Assembly: GCA_950097015.1 (NCBI GenBank)
Contig: CATNEN010000002.1
Location: 5,394,001 to 5,458,000, forward strand
Direction of reading: 5' to 3'
Origin: Macrostomum hystrix
Lineage: Eukaryota; Animalia; Platyhelminthes
Length of the DNA: 64,000 nt
In this document: piece by piece, positions 38,265 through 51,107 of the stretch
How the letters are laid out: each line of letters starts with the position of its first letter
How positions within the stretch are numbered: the stretch's first letter is position 1
Made by a program: the position numbers and the translations under genes
The notes under the pieces: model-generated
The model's database searches: none
Told to the model about the DNA's origin: nothing
The model's input: only the letters and a program-made list of their open reading frames with translations

Positions 38265-39125
38265 ATTCCCAAACGTTCCTAATTCCCCAAACTTCCCATC
38301 CCCAATGTTCCACAATTCCCAAAACTTCGACATTTCTCAATCTTCCACATTTCCCGAAACTTCCACGATTCCCAATCTTCCACAATTCCCAAAAACTCCA
38401 CATTTCCCAAAACTTCCACGATTCCCAATCTTCCACAATTCCCAAAAACTCCACATTTCCCAATCTTCCACAATTCCCCAATCTTCCACGATTCCCCAAT
38501 CTTCCACAATTCCCAATCTTCCACAATTCCCAAAAACTCCACAATTCCCAGTCTTCCACAATTCCCCAAACTTCCACAATTCCCAATCTTCCACAATTCC
38601 CCATACTTCCACATTTCCCAGTCTTCCACAATTCCCCAAACTTCCACATTTCCCAATCTTCCAGAATTCCCAAAACTTCCACATTTCCAAATCTTCCACA
38701 TTTCCAAATCTTCCACAATTCCCCAATCTTCCACAATTCCCCAATCTTCCACGATTCCCTAATCTTCCACAATTCCCAAAGCTTCCACATTTCCCAATCT
38801 TCCACAATTCCCAAAAGTTCCACATTTCCAAATCTTCCACATTTCCAAATCTTCCACGATTCCCCAATCTTCCACGATTCCCCAATCTTCCACAATTCCC
38901 TAATCTTCCACAATTCCCCAATCTTCCACGATTCCCCAATCTTCCACAATTCCCAAAAATTCACAATTCTCCAGACTTTCAATATTACCAAAACTTTCCC
39001 CATCCCCAAACTTCCCCATCCCCAAACTTTCCCCATCCCCACACTTTCCCCATCCCCACACTTTCCCCATCCCCAATCTTCCAAAATTCCAAAAACTTCC
39101 ACATTTCCCAATCCTCCACAATTCC
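38265..39125. repeat. Minisatellite, ~18-bp CCCAATCTTCCACAATTC family
   Basis: Degenerate tandem copies, G-poor on + strand. Confidence 0.92.
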
Positions 39126-39899
39126 TCAACCAAAATCTTATTTTTGAGCAACTGGTTCTCATTCTCGCTCTGAAAGACACTTTAACTGTCCTGCAATATT
39201 TATTAGCCCCCTGTGCGCATCCGTTTATGCCAAAAAGTGCATCAGTTCAGTTGGTCAGGCAGGTGAGCATTGTGAGCAGGTGCACAGAGTGGACACTAAA
39301 TTGGTCAGTTTTGTTAAGCAATCATTCTATTTTGTTTAAAATAATGATAATAGTCTCAAGTCTAGTGCTCTATATTTGGTAATAATACGAGCGTATTTAG
39401 TTACGAAGAAAATATAGTCAACATGGGATATGTGAAATGTCATTTTATTTCCGCTAATTATAAGAAAGTCTCGTTAAATATATGAAAGCTTCTCAATTGT
39501 GTTGATCTATGCAAATAGCCTCTATAGGTTCATACTGTATACTCACTTCTCTCTGTGCTCAAATGTTTGAGTCTGCCACTCACTGCCCTGCTAGTGTGAG
39601 TCATGAGTCACGCAGTTACTACGTGCAGTGACTATGGCCTGGGCAATATTCTCCTCATCATCCACTGTGAGTCTAGCTCGATATAATGCTCTGCCTATAC
39701 TCCCCCACAATTTGACTGTCCCAATTTTAGTGCAGTTTTTTATGGAAATGAAGCAAAGATGCACAGCTTATAATCGATGAGGGACTTTTTGGGTGACAAA
39801 ATCATGAACTGCATGCAATGGCAGCGGGATAAACTACAAGGGGAAATAAATTTAGTACAATGGGATATAATCCAAGGACTACAAAACAACACGTGTTGT

Positions 39900-40988
39900 T
39901 GAGTACAGACTGGGATCTTGAGGAGTATAGACTGGGATCTTGAGGAGTATATAGACTGGGATCTTGAGGAGAATAGACTGGGATCTTGAAGAATATAGAC
40001 TGGGATATTGAGGAGTATAGACTGGGATCTTGAGGAATATAGACTGGGATCTTGAAGAATATAGACTGGGATCTTGAGGAGTATAAACTGGGATCTTGAG
40101 GAGTATAGACTGGGATCTTAAGGAGAATAGACTGGGATCTTGAAGAATATAGACTGGGATCTTGAGGAGTATAGACTGGGATCTTGAAGAATATAGACTG
40201 GGATCTTGAGGAGAATAGACTGGGATCTTGAAGAATATATACTGGGATCTTGAGGAGAATAGACTGGGATCTTGAGGAATATAGACTGGGATCTTGAAGA
40301 ATATAGACTGGGATCTTGAGGAGTATAGACTGGGATCTTGAAGAATATAGACTGGGATCTTGAGGAGTATAGACTGGGATCTTGAAGAATATAGACTGGG
40401 ATCTTGAAGAATATAGACTGGGATCTTGAGGAGTATAGACTGGGATCTTGAAGAATATAGACTGAGATCTTGAGGAGTATAGACTGGGATCTTGAAGAAT
40501 ATAGACTGGGATCTTGAGGAGTATAGACTGGGATCTAGAGGAATATAGACTGGGATCTTGAAGAATATAGACTGGGATCTTGAGGAGTATAGACTGGGAT
40601 CTTGAGGAGTATAGACTGGGATCTTGAAGAATATATACTGGGATCTTGAGGAATATAGACTGGGATCTTGAGGAGTATAGACTGGGATCTTGAGGAGAAT
40701 AGACTGGGATCTTGAAGAATATAGACTGGGATCTTGAGGAATATAGACTGGGATCTTGAAGAATATATACTGGGATCTTGAGGAGTATAGACTGGGATCT
40801 TGAGGAATATAGACTAGGATCTTGAAGAATATAGACTGGGATCTTGAGGAGTATAGACTGGGATCTTGAGGAATATAGACTGGGATCTTGAAGAATATAG
40901 ACTGGGATCTTGAAGAATATAGACTGGGATCTTGAGGAGTATAGACTGGGATCTTGAAGAATATAGACTGGGATCTTGAAGAATATAG
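39900..40988. repeat. Minisatellite, 22-bp TAGACTGGGATCTTGARGARTA
   Basis: About 49 copies. Confidence 0.95.
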
Positions 40989-41714
40989 AAGATGGAATGA
41001 CATTTCAAAGGATATGAAATGGGATCTTACTGTATATATCGAATAGGATCTTCCCATTCTACCCGTGAATGCTTAGAATGGGACAATAAGGGGTGGGATT
41101 CGAGTGGTCCTGTAAATTGATCTCTAAAGCTTGATATCTAAACAACAATTTTTTAGGCTGACCAAAGGATCAAGATCGGAAGGCTAAATAGATCATTAAT
41201 AAAAAAACTGGAAAAACATAAGATTCCCATTGATATTTCATCTTGCTTTCCCTGATATAAATTGCCGGTAAAAAGGGCCCACGTAAAGCTTGAAAGGAAG
41301 TTGCAGTTGCAGACAGTTGAGGTGGTTGAGCAAAAAACTGAAGCCCAAAGCCTGAAACTCGATCAGCCAAGCTCCCAGACCCGATCACTGCAAGTTGCCC
41401 ACACAGACAGCCCCCAACACACTTGCCACATGCTCAGTGCTCACTCTTCCCTTGAATCAATAGCTCCCCATTAGGGGACGGGGTTGGTTTCGAAGGGAAG
41501 CCTCTGCAAGGGATGGGAAAACTTGGGCCGCCTAGACCCTTACGAGCTCGTGTATAGTGAAATAGTGAAAGCGAGTCTAAGCATGCATAAGATTATGCGC
41601 AAGACAAGAGGGCCTTGAGACTGAATCAGAAAATGGTCGGCTTCTGCCTTCTATTATGCTGCGTTCCGATTCACGATTCTTGTCGGTACCATCAACACCT
41701 ATTCCACCCTTTTT

Positions 41715-42175
41715 TATCTCTACCGTCTATCGTCTCTCCCGTGTCTCATCTCTCCTCTGCCTCATCTCTTCCGTGTTTAATCCCTTCCGTGTTTAATCCC
41801 TTCCGTGTTTAATCTCTCCCGTGTTTAATCTCTCCCGTGTCACATCTCTCCAAGTCCCTTCTCTCCCGTGTCTTATCTCTCCCGTGTCACATCTCTCCCC
41901 TGTCTCGTCACTGCCTTGTCTCGTCTCTCCCGTGTCTCATCTCTCCTCTGCCTCATCTCTTCCGTGTTTAATCCCTTCCGTGTTTAATCCCTTCCGTGTT
42001 TAATCTCTTCCGTGTTTAATCTCTCCCGTGTTTAATCTCTCCCGTGTTTAATCTCTCCCGTGTCACATCTCTCCAAGTCCCTTCTCTCCCGTGTCTTATC
42101 TCTCCCCTGTCTGGTCACTGCCTTGTCTCGTCTCTCCTCTGTCTTATCTCTTACCTGTCTCGTCTCTTCCTGCCT
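41715..42175. repeat. Compound repeat, 16-bp GTGTTTAATCYCTYCC units inside a ~190-bp duplication
   Basis: The block starting GTGTCTCATCTCTCCTCTGCC occurs at 41741 and 41932. Confidence 0.85.
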
Positions 42176-45100
42176 CATCCCCTGCAGCATTGGCTGCTTT
42201 ATTTTCGTTTATAGCATTTATTCCACCTTAGTTTTTCTCTAAGTCCCGACCCGAGTTAAGTATTTGGTTAACTCTGCTTAATTTTAAGCAAAGGAGTCCT
42301 GGTGTTTACACAGGGCCCAACTCCATTGACGGAGGTTATGCTATTTATCTTTGTTATATTTGTTTTAATTAAATCGTGTTGGTGTCTATTAAGAATTGAA
42401 AGGGATTCAAAATCTTATTAACACTGCGAATTATTAGTGGCCTTTTGTCAGCTGAGTTAAACTCTTCATTTATTTAATTGTTATAGTTTTTCAACTGCCA
42501 GTTCAACGGTTGGGTTAAGTTGGGTTGGGTTGGTTTTAAAAATTCCTTTCCATGCTACAATAGCTATAGCCAGGCCCTAATCTTTATGATGAGGGTGAGT
42601 TATTTGTTTAAATTTGAGTCGCTTGCCTCTTGTGTGAATGCGGCGGTGGGTTGGATAGTAGTGGTGGCCGAGGGGGTCTTTTGATGGCTGACGAGTGACG
42701 ACTTATGAAGGAAGTAATTTAAGTATCAATCTTTACTCCCGAATGGCAGACATATATAATATTGAATAGAAGGCCTAGGCTTGAAGAGCGGTGAAGCGGG
42801 TGAAGTATATGCTTGCAGCGATCTCCCAATTCTTCACTCCCCACTCCCACTCACACACTCACTCCCCGCGGCTCCAAGCGGGAACATTGTGCAGGGCAGG
42901 GGGCACAGATGTTTATCAGTTTTATGCCCTCCCGGCAGCCCGTCCCGTTCTGTGTCTCTCAGTTTATCTTCTTTTTTCTACTTTCTTAGCGAACTGGCAA
43001 CTGGCAACCGAGAGACGAAAATTAATATTTTTGTGACGAATTATTACGGACACCATTCTCTTCTTTGCTGACTGACCTATTAGACTTTGAGGAACGGAAG
43101 ATCCTACATTAAAATTCAAAATAGATAACGAGTATAGGCACAATAAACTTCAACATAGGACACATTTCAGACCAGAAAAGTAAATATAATAAATAGCCTG
43201 AAGCAACGAGTTTTTTACTGGCAATAAAACTGATTACATAATCGGTTTGCGAGTTCAAATTAGTTGAAATTGATTTATAAAGTTGGACATAAATCAAAGT
43301 CGTATGTTGTGTTGTGTTGAACTACTTCTTTTCGTCAGTCGATAAAGATTGTAGCTAACAAACAAGAAAACACTATGTGGGCTATGTGCCTATGGCCAGA
43401 AAAACAAGTCACGATTAAGCTCTATATAAAAATAAACTTCTGCAGCCCTGTCTGGGCCCACTCCAGTCTAGCCAGACAGAGTGAAATTGGTCTATTTTCG
43501 TAAATAAAAACACTTTAATTACTTGGATAGAACCCGGCCAAGCCACCAAAGGCGTTGAAATGGGGGCCTGCATGAAGGCGGGCTGGGGGAGTAATAAAAT
43601 GTTAACTTTATTTAAAACAAACTCGCTTGCACGATTAGTGTTGATGTGCGACCCCCTATCGGGATAGATTATAATATTATTACACTATATAACTATAGCT
43701 CCTTCTAATCGTGATTAACTAACTAAACCACAATTAAAGAAGGCACGTTAGATTAAATAATTAGTTTAATTCGCTTTAAACTTCCACCCCAAACCCCCTA
43801 AACATGCCCGCCCTAGTGTCCCCCAGTCACGCTGTGAGCGCAGACAGTGCGATTTAAGTGTGATTATGTCAGCGGGCTAAAGCGTGGCAATTCTCACTAG
43901 CTTGGTATTAGTTGTGCAATTGTTTGGCCACAGTTCCAGTTCCAGTGCCTGTCTAGGGAACTGGATGAGAGGGATATATAGCATTTCTATTTCCTCTCAA
44001 ACACGAATAAATAAACAACAGCATTCGAAAATGAAGCTAAACAAGACTGAGCCAACATGTGTAGCTAAGTTGCTAACATCAACGTTTTGTTTGAATTATA
44101 GTTACTAATTTAGAGGCCTACTCCAGTCTCCATGTTCTTTGACCAAATGGAATTAGAAGAAAGAGACCCAACAAGGGCCATGGATTCAAAGTCCTGGCAA
44201 GGGATGCCTCATTTTGCTTATTGAACCGACAATGAGTCACCAGAACCTCATCACTCATTATATCATAAATGGGAATAAGCAAGTCTTTGAATAGGAGGAA
44301 ATGAATTAATTTTGAATTTTATTAAGACGCGAAAGCTAAACGATAGTCAGTCACCGACTCACAGATCCATCTGATTAGCTTTAGTTAGGATGACTAAAGA
44401 TTAAAAACTTTTAGCAACAATAGCATAGCACCAGCATTAGGCTTTATCCATCATCTCCTTGCTTGTGGGGTGGCCGTTGGCCCATGACTCGTGAACAGTG
44501 GACCGTGAACCGTGAAGTTTTAAGCCCTGAATACTTGTTAGGTAGGCACAGTCTTAACTGGTATTGGTAAGGCTAGGTAGGCCCTTAAAAATCTACTTAA
44601 ATGATTATGCTGAGATTTCCACTATGAATGAGTGATTGCTTCATTAGCATGGTGTGCGTGCTTACACACATTGTGCTATAGGTCTCAAGCTCAGGTTCTG
44701 CCAGGCCTAAAATCAAATTCGGATTTCCAGTTAAAATGATGGACCGCGATGGACACTTTGACAATGGCACTGCAAGTTCAATTTTACGAGCTATTACGAG
44801 GCCACATGCATGCGTCTGAACTAAACATGGAAACCACAAGTCACTATAGAATTCCTAAACTGAGATAGCATTTCTTTCCAATTCCCAATCCCAACCAAGC
44901 CTTCACTGCACCACTGAATTGCGTCATCATTGCCACACTCAAACAATTCATGGCTCCCTACATGACAATTGACACTAATAAATGCGTTCAATGCGCTTAT
45001 CCACTGTAAAAGCAGACACACCACAGATCAATTGCTAAAGCCAGGTCTAAAATAAATAAGTTACTATCTGGTATCCAGTATCTGTCGGGTGACGCCTTAG

Positions 45101-45889
45101 ACCATTTCAAACACAGCTTGAAGGCTGTGTACAGTCGTGTGGAGGCCATAAAATGCATTATAAATGCATTCGGCAATGTTTGCTAAGCCATGCGAACAGT
45201 AAATCTAATCGCACGAATAGATTTGCACGGCTGTTTTGTCATTTGTATTGCATTCATTTTTCTATTTTAAACAAATGGGCTCGAGGCTTGCAAATTTATT
45301 TTATCTACTGGATTGTGTCTCTTACGAGGCATAGAAATTAATTACAGATAGTTTTGCTTTCATGCAAATATTTCTTGTGAATGTGGTGGCCATGGATATT
45401 GTTCAGGTTGAGGTGTAGCGAGCCAGGGTGCTATGCTATTTAATGGATTATCTGTTTTCCCTCAGTTTTATCTGTTACGCTCGTATAAATTATAATGTAG
45501 GCGTGTAGATCTTTCATGACATCATTAATGAATGCCTGAAGTTATTGCTCAATCCATCCATTCAGGGAAAAAATAAGTGATTAAATTTAGATTTTTATTC
45601 AATATACGAGCCGACATACTCGTATGCCTCTGTGGCAAGTTGTAATTGTAACTGTGAGGCATCGGATTTCCCATGCATGGCTATTATTACGAATCGCGAC
45701 GGGGCGTGGGCCACGGGCCCCTTTCTTAAAGCGTATTTATAAAAAAACTAGCTTTAAAAAGGTGGCAAGCACCCCATCTTTCTTCATTGCTTCATTGCAA
45801 TTGGGGACTCGGAGAGAACTGGGGATTGGAACCCCTTTAAATGTCTCTCAACTCCCTCTTGTGGGGCAGAGGGCAAGGAGAAGGGATGG

Positions 45890-46340
45890 CGGATATGCTT
45901 GCAAAGCAAGCAAGCTGTTAACGCGAAATTAAAGGGGCAGCCACGTGAGCGCGCATACTTACCAATTGTATGGCCAAGCAACCAATCAGCGGCCTCGATT
46001 TCTCTAACGCGGAGCCCTCATTTGCCTATGTTATCAGACTTGATCCAACACTTGCCTCGCTTTGGTTCCACTCGTTCTATTCCTCACACACACATACAAT
46101 CACACACACGGCGCTTTGGCTTGCGTGACTTAGAAGTCTGCAATTCTGAACACACTCATCCCCTTTTCATTTTTTCTGTGTCTTCCCTTCCATTCCCCTC
46201 CTGTCTGCTGTCTCGGTAGGATTTAACACGAGGAATCACTCATCCGCATATTTCTTAATTCTTTGAATTCTGATCCAACTCACGAACTAAAAAAACAAGA
46301 GAGATCAACGCTGCTAAAGACTAAAAGAAAGTCGGTAAGT
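45890..46340 (+). promoter_or_regulatory. Candidate promoter and non-coding first exon of sbb paralog 2
   Basis: CCAAT boxes (ACCAATTG, ACCAATCAG near 45960-45990), CpG-richer sequence, and a perfect donor TCG|GTAAGT at 46335 that pairs naturally with the acceptor at 47538. The TSS is not definable. Confidence 0.5.
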
Positions 46341-47598
46341 AAATGACTTGGGATTCGGTACAAGTTTGGCATTTGTGTCTCAATTAATCAATTAATTTTT
46401 TCTTTAACTTAATATTTAAATCAAACTGTAGGCCTCTTTCATGCCATTTTCAATAGCTAATTATTGATTATAAAGAATTCAATTTTTAACTCTTATGTCT
46501 CCAACTCATTCTCCATTTTGTGCTGCACCCAGATATTTTGTGCCAAATGTCACCGGGCCTCACACTTAATGTGGGCTGTGGTACCTTAGGATTGGAGTAG
46601 AATTTCTGAGTGGAAAGAATGGGTTGTGTTCACCTCCAATTTCGTGAAAAAATCGTGCATGTGAAACTGCAAACTGTAATACTCCGTATACTTTATACTT
46701 CATACTTTAATACTTGAAATTTAGTAGGCACTAGCCCGGATTTACGATGCAAAGTATTTTAAGGTCGCAAGTATGGTGAATTTCTTAGGAGTAAAAAATT
46801 GTTGTGTTGCATCTATTATCATCAAACGTCAAGTTTTGGAGAAAAAGAAACATTTCAAAAACATTTTAATTATTTTAGTCGTAATCTTCACAATACATTA
46901 TTCTTCCCTTCAACGTCAATTTTAAGCTGAAATGGGTGCAAATAAAAGCAATTTCCGCCTTGGTTAGCCTCCACACTTAAGCCTATAGGCAGCACAAAAT
47001 GGCTTGCCTTGCCTCAACTAAGCTTGTGGGGACTGGGGGGCTGTCGGGTTTAGAGTGTGAACTGTGAAGTCTGGACCGCCACCCCACTCCAGCACCATCC
47101 TTCACTCACTCTCAGCTGACTGTCTACGCTCTAAAGCGTATGGCTGAGGTAGGGTTTGCTCCGCCGCCTTGTATGTAAAATAAGGCCTTACTGCGTGTGG
47201 GGTGGTGGGGTGGGCCACGACTTAGTCCACGCTTGGATTGGTCGCCTAAGCAGCCAATTGGCGTGCGCTTTGTGTGTCAGGCCTAGACTAACCCCGCCAA
47301 TTCTACACACACAAGTAATGCGTGTGACAGTAGGAGGCCCATCCTTTGTTGTTTAGTTAAAGGGAAGACAACCCCTTACGAGTCGCGCTTTATTACGGCA
47401 CACACACGACACAGACTTACTTATTCACGCACTAGTTTGATGGGCAGAGGAGACATATTCATCGATTCAACTGTACCGACTTAAAAACAGGCCACTGAAT
47501 TTCTCCCATTGTTTTTCTTTACTTCCCTTTCCATTCAGAACGCTTTGCCAACGAAGAAATCTGTTCTACATAGTCAACTGGCCTACAATGCTAAGCGA

Positions 47599-47751
47599 AT
47601 GTCGTCCGTGGAACAATTAACACCGATCGACCCGCTTCAAGCAGAGGAGAATCCGTCCGATTCTTTTTCATCCAGCGTTGGCCCAAACTGGGACCTATTA
47701 TTAGGCAATCTAATGATCGACTTAGACGGCTGCAGCAGTGGCGAGCCGCCT

Positions 47752-47788
<37 letters not shown>

Positions 47789-48099
47789 CGCCATTGAAGA
47801 TGCAGAACAGCTCATTGTCAGAGAATCTAGCCCCAACAACAGTCATCACAGCAGCCCCTGTGTTAAAGCCCGACTCGGACAAGGGCCTAACATTGAAGAT
47901 GAAGATTAAACGCAAGTCTAAAAACGATGAGAAGCACGAGATTGTGTCAGTGATGGACAATTCCATCGAGAAGCTGAGACAGTCCGCGTTTCCCTTTGTG
48001 CCAGAGGAGTCACCGGCCAATATTGATAGCCTGATTGGTACAGCTGCTAGCATTTCTGCTCCACCTGCAGCCAAGAAATCGAGACAGGACAAGGACAAG
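47599..48099 (+). CDS. sbb: Brakeless/scribbler (ZNF608/609-like) paralog 2, first coding exon (exon starts at 47539)
   Basis: Acceptor CCCTTTCCATTCAG at 47538. WDLLLGNLMIDLD matches the family N-terminal motif WDIGVGNLIIDLD; DKGLTLKMKIKRKSKNDEKHEIV matches the insect sbb motif. Donor AAG|GTGAGA at 48100, phase 0. Confidence 0.9.
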
Positions 48100-48888
48100 G
48101 TGAGACCATTGCTCTGATATTCTTCTCCTAGTAGAATATTGGAATTTTAGTACACTGTATGCAGGCTTTTGGCTTGGCTGACGGAATAGGCAAAAAGCTT
48201 GCACTGGATTTTATTCTAATTAGAGCCTATTTATTCCAATCATTCTATTAGACGGCTATGCAGGTGTTTCTGACCTGGTAGCAATTTTCCTTTAAATATT
48301 CTGATAACAGCTGCCCAATTTCCTTCCGGCTGCAAGCAATCGAATTATTAGCAAAAGATGAAGGCACAGGCGGTCGTTAATGGCTTCATTCTTTGCTGGC
48401 TTCGCAATTCCGCTGGTGACGCCGCCAAAGCTGTGATGAAAGCCTTCGAAAGAAGCAGAGAATATGTAGAAAAAATTTCTTTCCTCTACTGGAGTAATAG
48501 ACTTTCGTCAGAGCAGTAAAACTAGTTGCAGTACAGTTCTGCTTCTGGGTGCGCGCGTTTGCTCCTTTGTGCGCCTCTACTTCTTTCTGCATATAGCCCC
48601 CAAAAAATAGTTTTTATGTGGTGTTCTGACTTAGCAGGAAACGGAATTAGTTATTCATAACTTTGTATGCAACCTGCTTGCTCTACCTCTACGCGTTGCG
48701 TCTTTTAAACGTTCTTGCAACTTAGGTGGGAAAATTTGTCGTTTGCGACCTCACAGTGACCTCATCAGCTCAGGAAAATCCTTAGAATTTCCTAGAAATG
48801 ATTCCGTCACGAACATGGGGTGGGGCATCAAAATAGTTAATCAAGCTGCCAAAAATATTCGACAATCGAATTCCCTAAAAAGGGATTG

Positions 48889-49030
48889 TAGCCCAGGGCC
48901 CAGGGATTAGAGGTTAGAGCTTCAGACTTCTATAGAGCGGTCGGGAGTTCGAATCTCAGCCAGTTGCGTCCTTAAGGAAAACACTTAAAAGTGACGGCCT
49001 CCCCAGTCCATGGACTGAACAACTGTACAC
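48889..49030 (+). mobile_element. tRNA-derived SINE with CORE-like segment, in intron of paralog 2
   Basis: TAGCCCAGGG..GGTCGGGAGTTCGAATCTC followed by TGCGTCCTTAAGGAAAACACTTAA, which resembles the CORE-SINE motif TGTGTCCTTGGGCAAGACACTTAA. Parts are shared with 24870 and 37282. Confidence 0.6.
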
Positions 49031-49095
49031 CTTTTATATTAGGTGTCATTTAATTAAATATCCCTAAATACTAACCAACCGATTCTCTCGCGCAG

Positions 49096-50912
49096 TTGTC
49101 TGGCAGTCGGCACGCATCCGGCAAAAGGGATGCCTGGGCCAACACCGCCACTGTTGGTACCGGCATCGAGCCAGACTGTCTCGGTCCCTGCGACAGCGGC
49201 ACTAGCATCTCCTTGGACGGCATCGTCTGGCTGGAGACTGACACTGGCGTGCTGGTTGTGAATGTCACCTGGCGCGGCCGCACCTACGTTGGCACCCTGC
49301 TTGACTCGTCTAGGCACGACTTCTCGCCGCCCTGTTCAACTGGCAGTGGCGGTGGCGATGACCAGCCAGATGCTGGCTCCGGTGCGTCGCGCTGGTGCCA
49401 TCAGCAGCTCCAGGCGCAACAGCATGCCCAGCAGCTCAACGGCCAGCATCAGCATCACGGAGGTCGCGGCCGAGGCAATAAGCGTCGGGGCGGACGACCC
49501 GTGGCTCGCCAGCTGCCTCTGGTTGTCAATGGCAACGGTGGCGGTGGCGTTTCCACGCCCGGGCAGGAGCTGCCGCACATCCGGTGCCCGGAGCCCGGCT
49601 GCGACAAACGATTCGCCCAGCTGCAGGCGCTGAAATGGCACAGCATCAATGAGCACAGCTCACCGAAGCATCAGCAGCAGCAGCAACAGGTCCAGCAGGT
49701 CCCCAGTAATCTGCGCGAGGAAAAATCACTTGACGGCTCCAGCGTCTTCAAGATCCCCCAGGTTCAGTCGGCTCCCGCTGCGCCAGCCCCGCCAGCCCAG
49801 AAGCCTTCGACCAACGGAGTCGTCACCGTCTCGAAGACCTGCCCAGTGCCGCCGCCTCAGATGGCCTCGCTTCCTCGTCGAAGGGCGCCGAAAGCCTCGG
49901 GCAGTTTGGCCGGCTTCAAGGTCATTCAGCCCAAGGCCAGCTCCGGTCGCAGCTCAGCCGCCGCTGCACCCGGTGGCGAACCCGTCTCTCCGGCCTACAG
50001 TGACATCAGCGACGAAGGCGGAGCTCCCGTACTCGAGCGAGAAGATGAGAGGGACGCCAGCGGGCACGGCCAGCTGCTAGAGCAACAGCATCAGCAACAA
50101 CAGCAGCAGCAGCCGCGCCTGTTGGCCAGGTCATTATCGGCCAGCGAAGCCACCCGGGCAAAGTCATTGCCACCGCAGCAGCAGCAGCCACCGGTGTCAG
50201 CGAATTTGACTCCGCAGTTGCCGGCGAAGGTCTCGACGCCGTCAGCCGCTCCGAGTCCCAGAACTCCATCGGGCGGCGGCGGAGTCAGCCAGTCGAAGCC
50301 CAGCCTCGGCCATTCGCCCTCGGAGGACGGACTCGCCCCGGCCGCTGCCCACTCGAGGCCGCCGACCTCTCATCCGGGAACCCAGCCGACCGCTGCGCCG
50401 TCTTCAGCTCCGGTGCATCAGCCGCGCTCCATGTTTCTGCCGTCGCCGCGGCGGCCGTCACAGCCGAGTCCGGCCCTGCAGGCGCAGCCGCAGTCGCAAC
50501 CGCAGTCGCCTTCGCCCAGATTTCGGGAGCACAATCTCGGCCAGGTCGCAAGCTCGGCTTCAAGTTCGGCCGCCTCAGCGGCGGCTGCAGCTGCGGCGTC
50601 CATGTTCAATCCCTACCGGTTTCTGGGAGGCCCGGGTGGTGGCATGCCACCTCACTTCCAACTGCCGGGCATGGACGCCCTCAGCCAGTACGCTGCACTG
50701 GCTTCTGGCAGGCCGCAGCCGCCGCCGCCGCCGCCACCGCTTCATCATCCGCAGCAGCAGCCGCCACCCCAGCAGCAGCAGCAGCATCAGCATCACAAGA
50801 TTCACGAACTAAGTCGCAGCAATCCGAGCCCGAAGGCGTCGCCGCCGTTAAACCAATTCAGCAACGGCCAGCACCTTCCAAATCATCATCAGCAGATCCA
50901 GCATCATCATAT

Positions 50913-50943
<31 letters not shown>

Positions 50944-51084
50944 TCAAGGCCTCTGCCGCAGCCGCCGCCTCTGCAGATGCCGCCGCAGCATCCAGGCAGG
51001 CACCGATTCATGGAGCCGCCCTTCGCTTGGCCCTTCAACATGGCCTCCCAAGTGATGCAGGAGTCTTTTATGCAAAGAAAATGA
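49096..51084 (+). CDS. sbb: sbb paralog 2, large exon (complete conserved domain, C2H2 finger 49585-49656, IQPK and SPAYSDISD motifs, Q/P-rich tail)
   Basis: TACTAAC branch point near 49069 and acceptor CTCTCGCGCAG|TTG, phase 0. Contains [84 protein letters not shown] and SPAYSDISD. The TTG start in the ORF track is really a splice junction. Confidence 0.95.
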
Positions 51085-51107
51085 CCCAACTGTCACATTG
51101 TTTGCAG

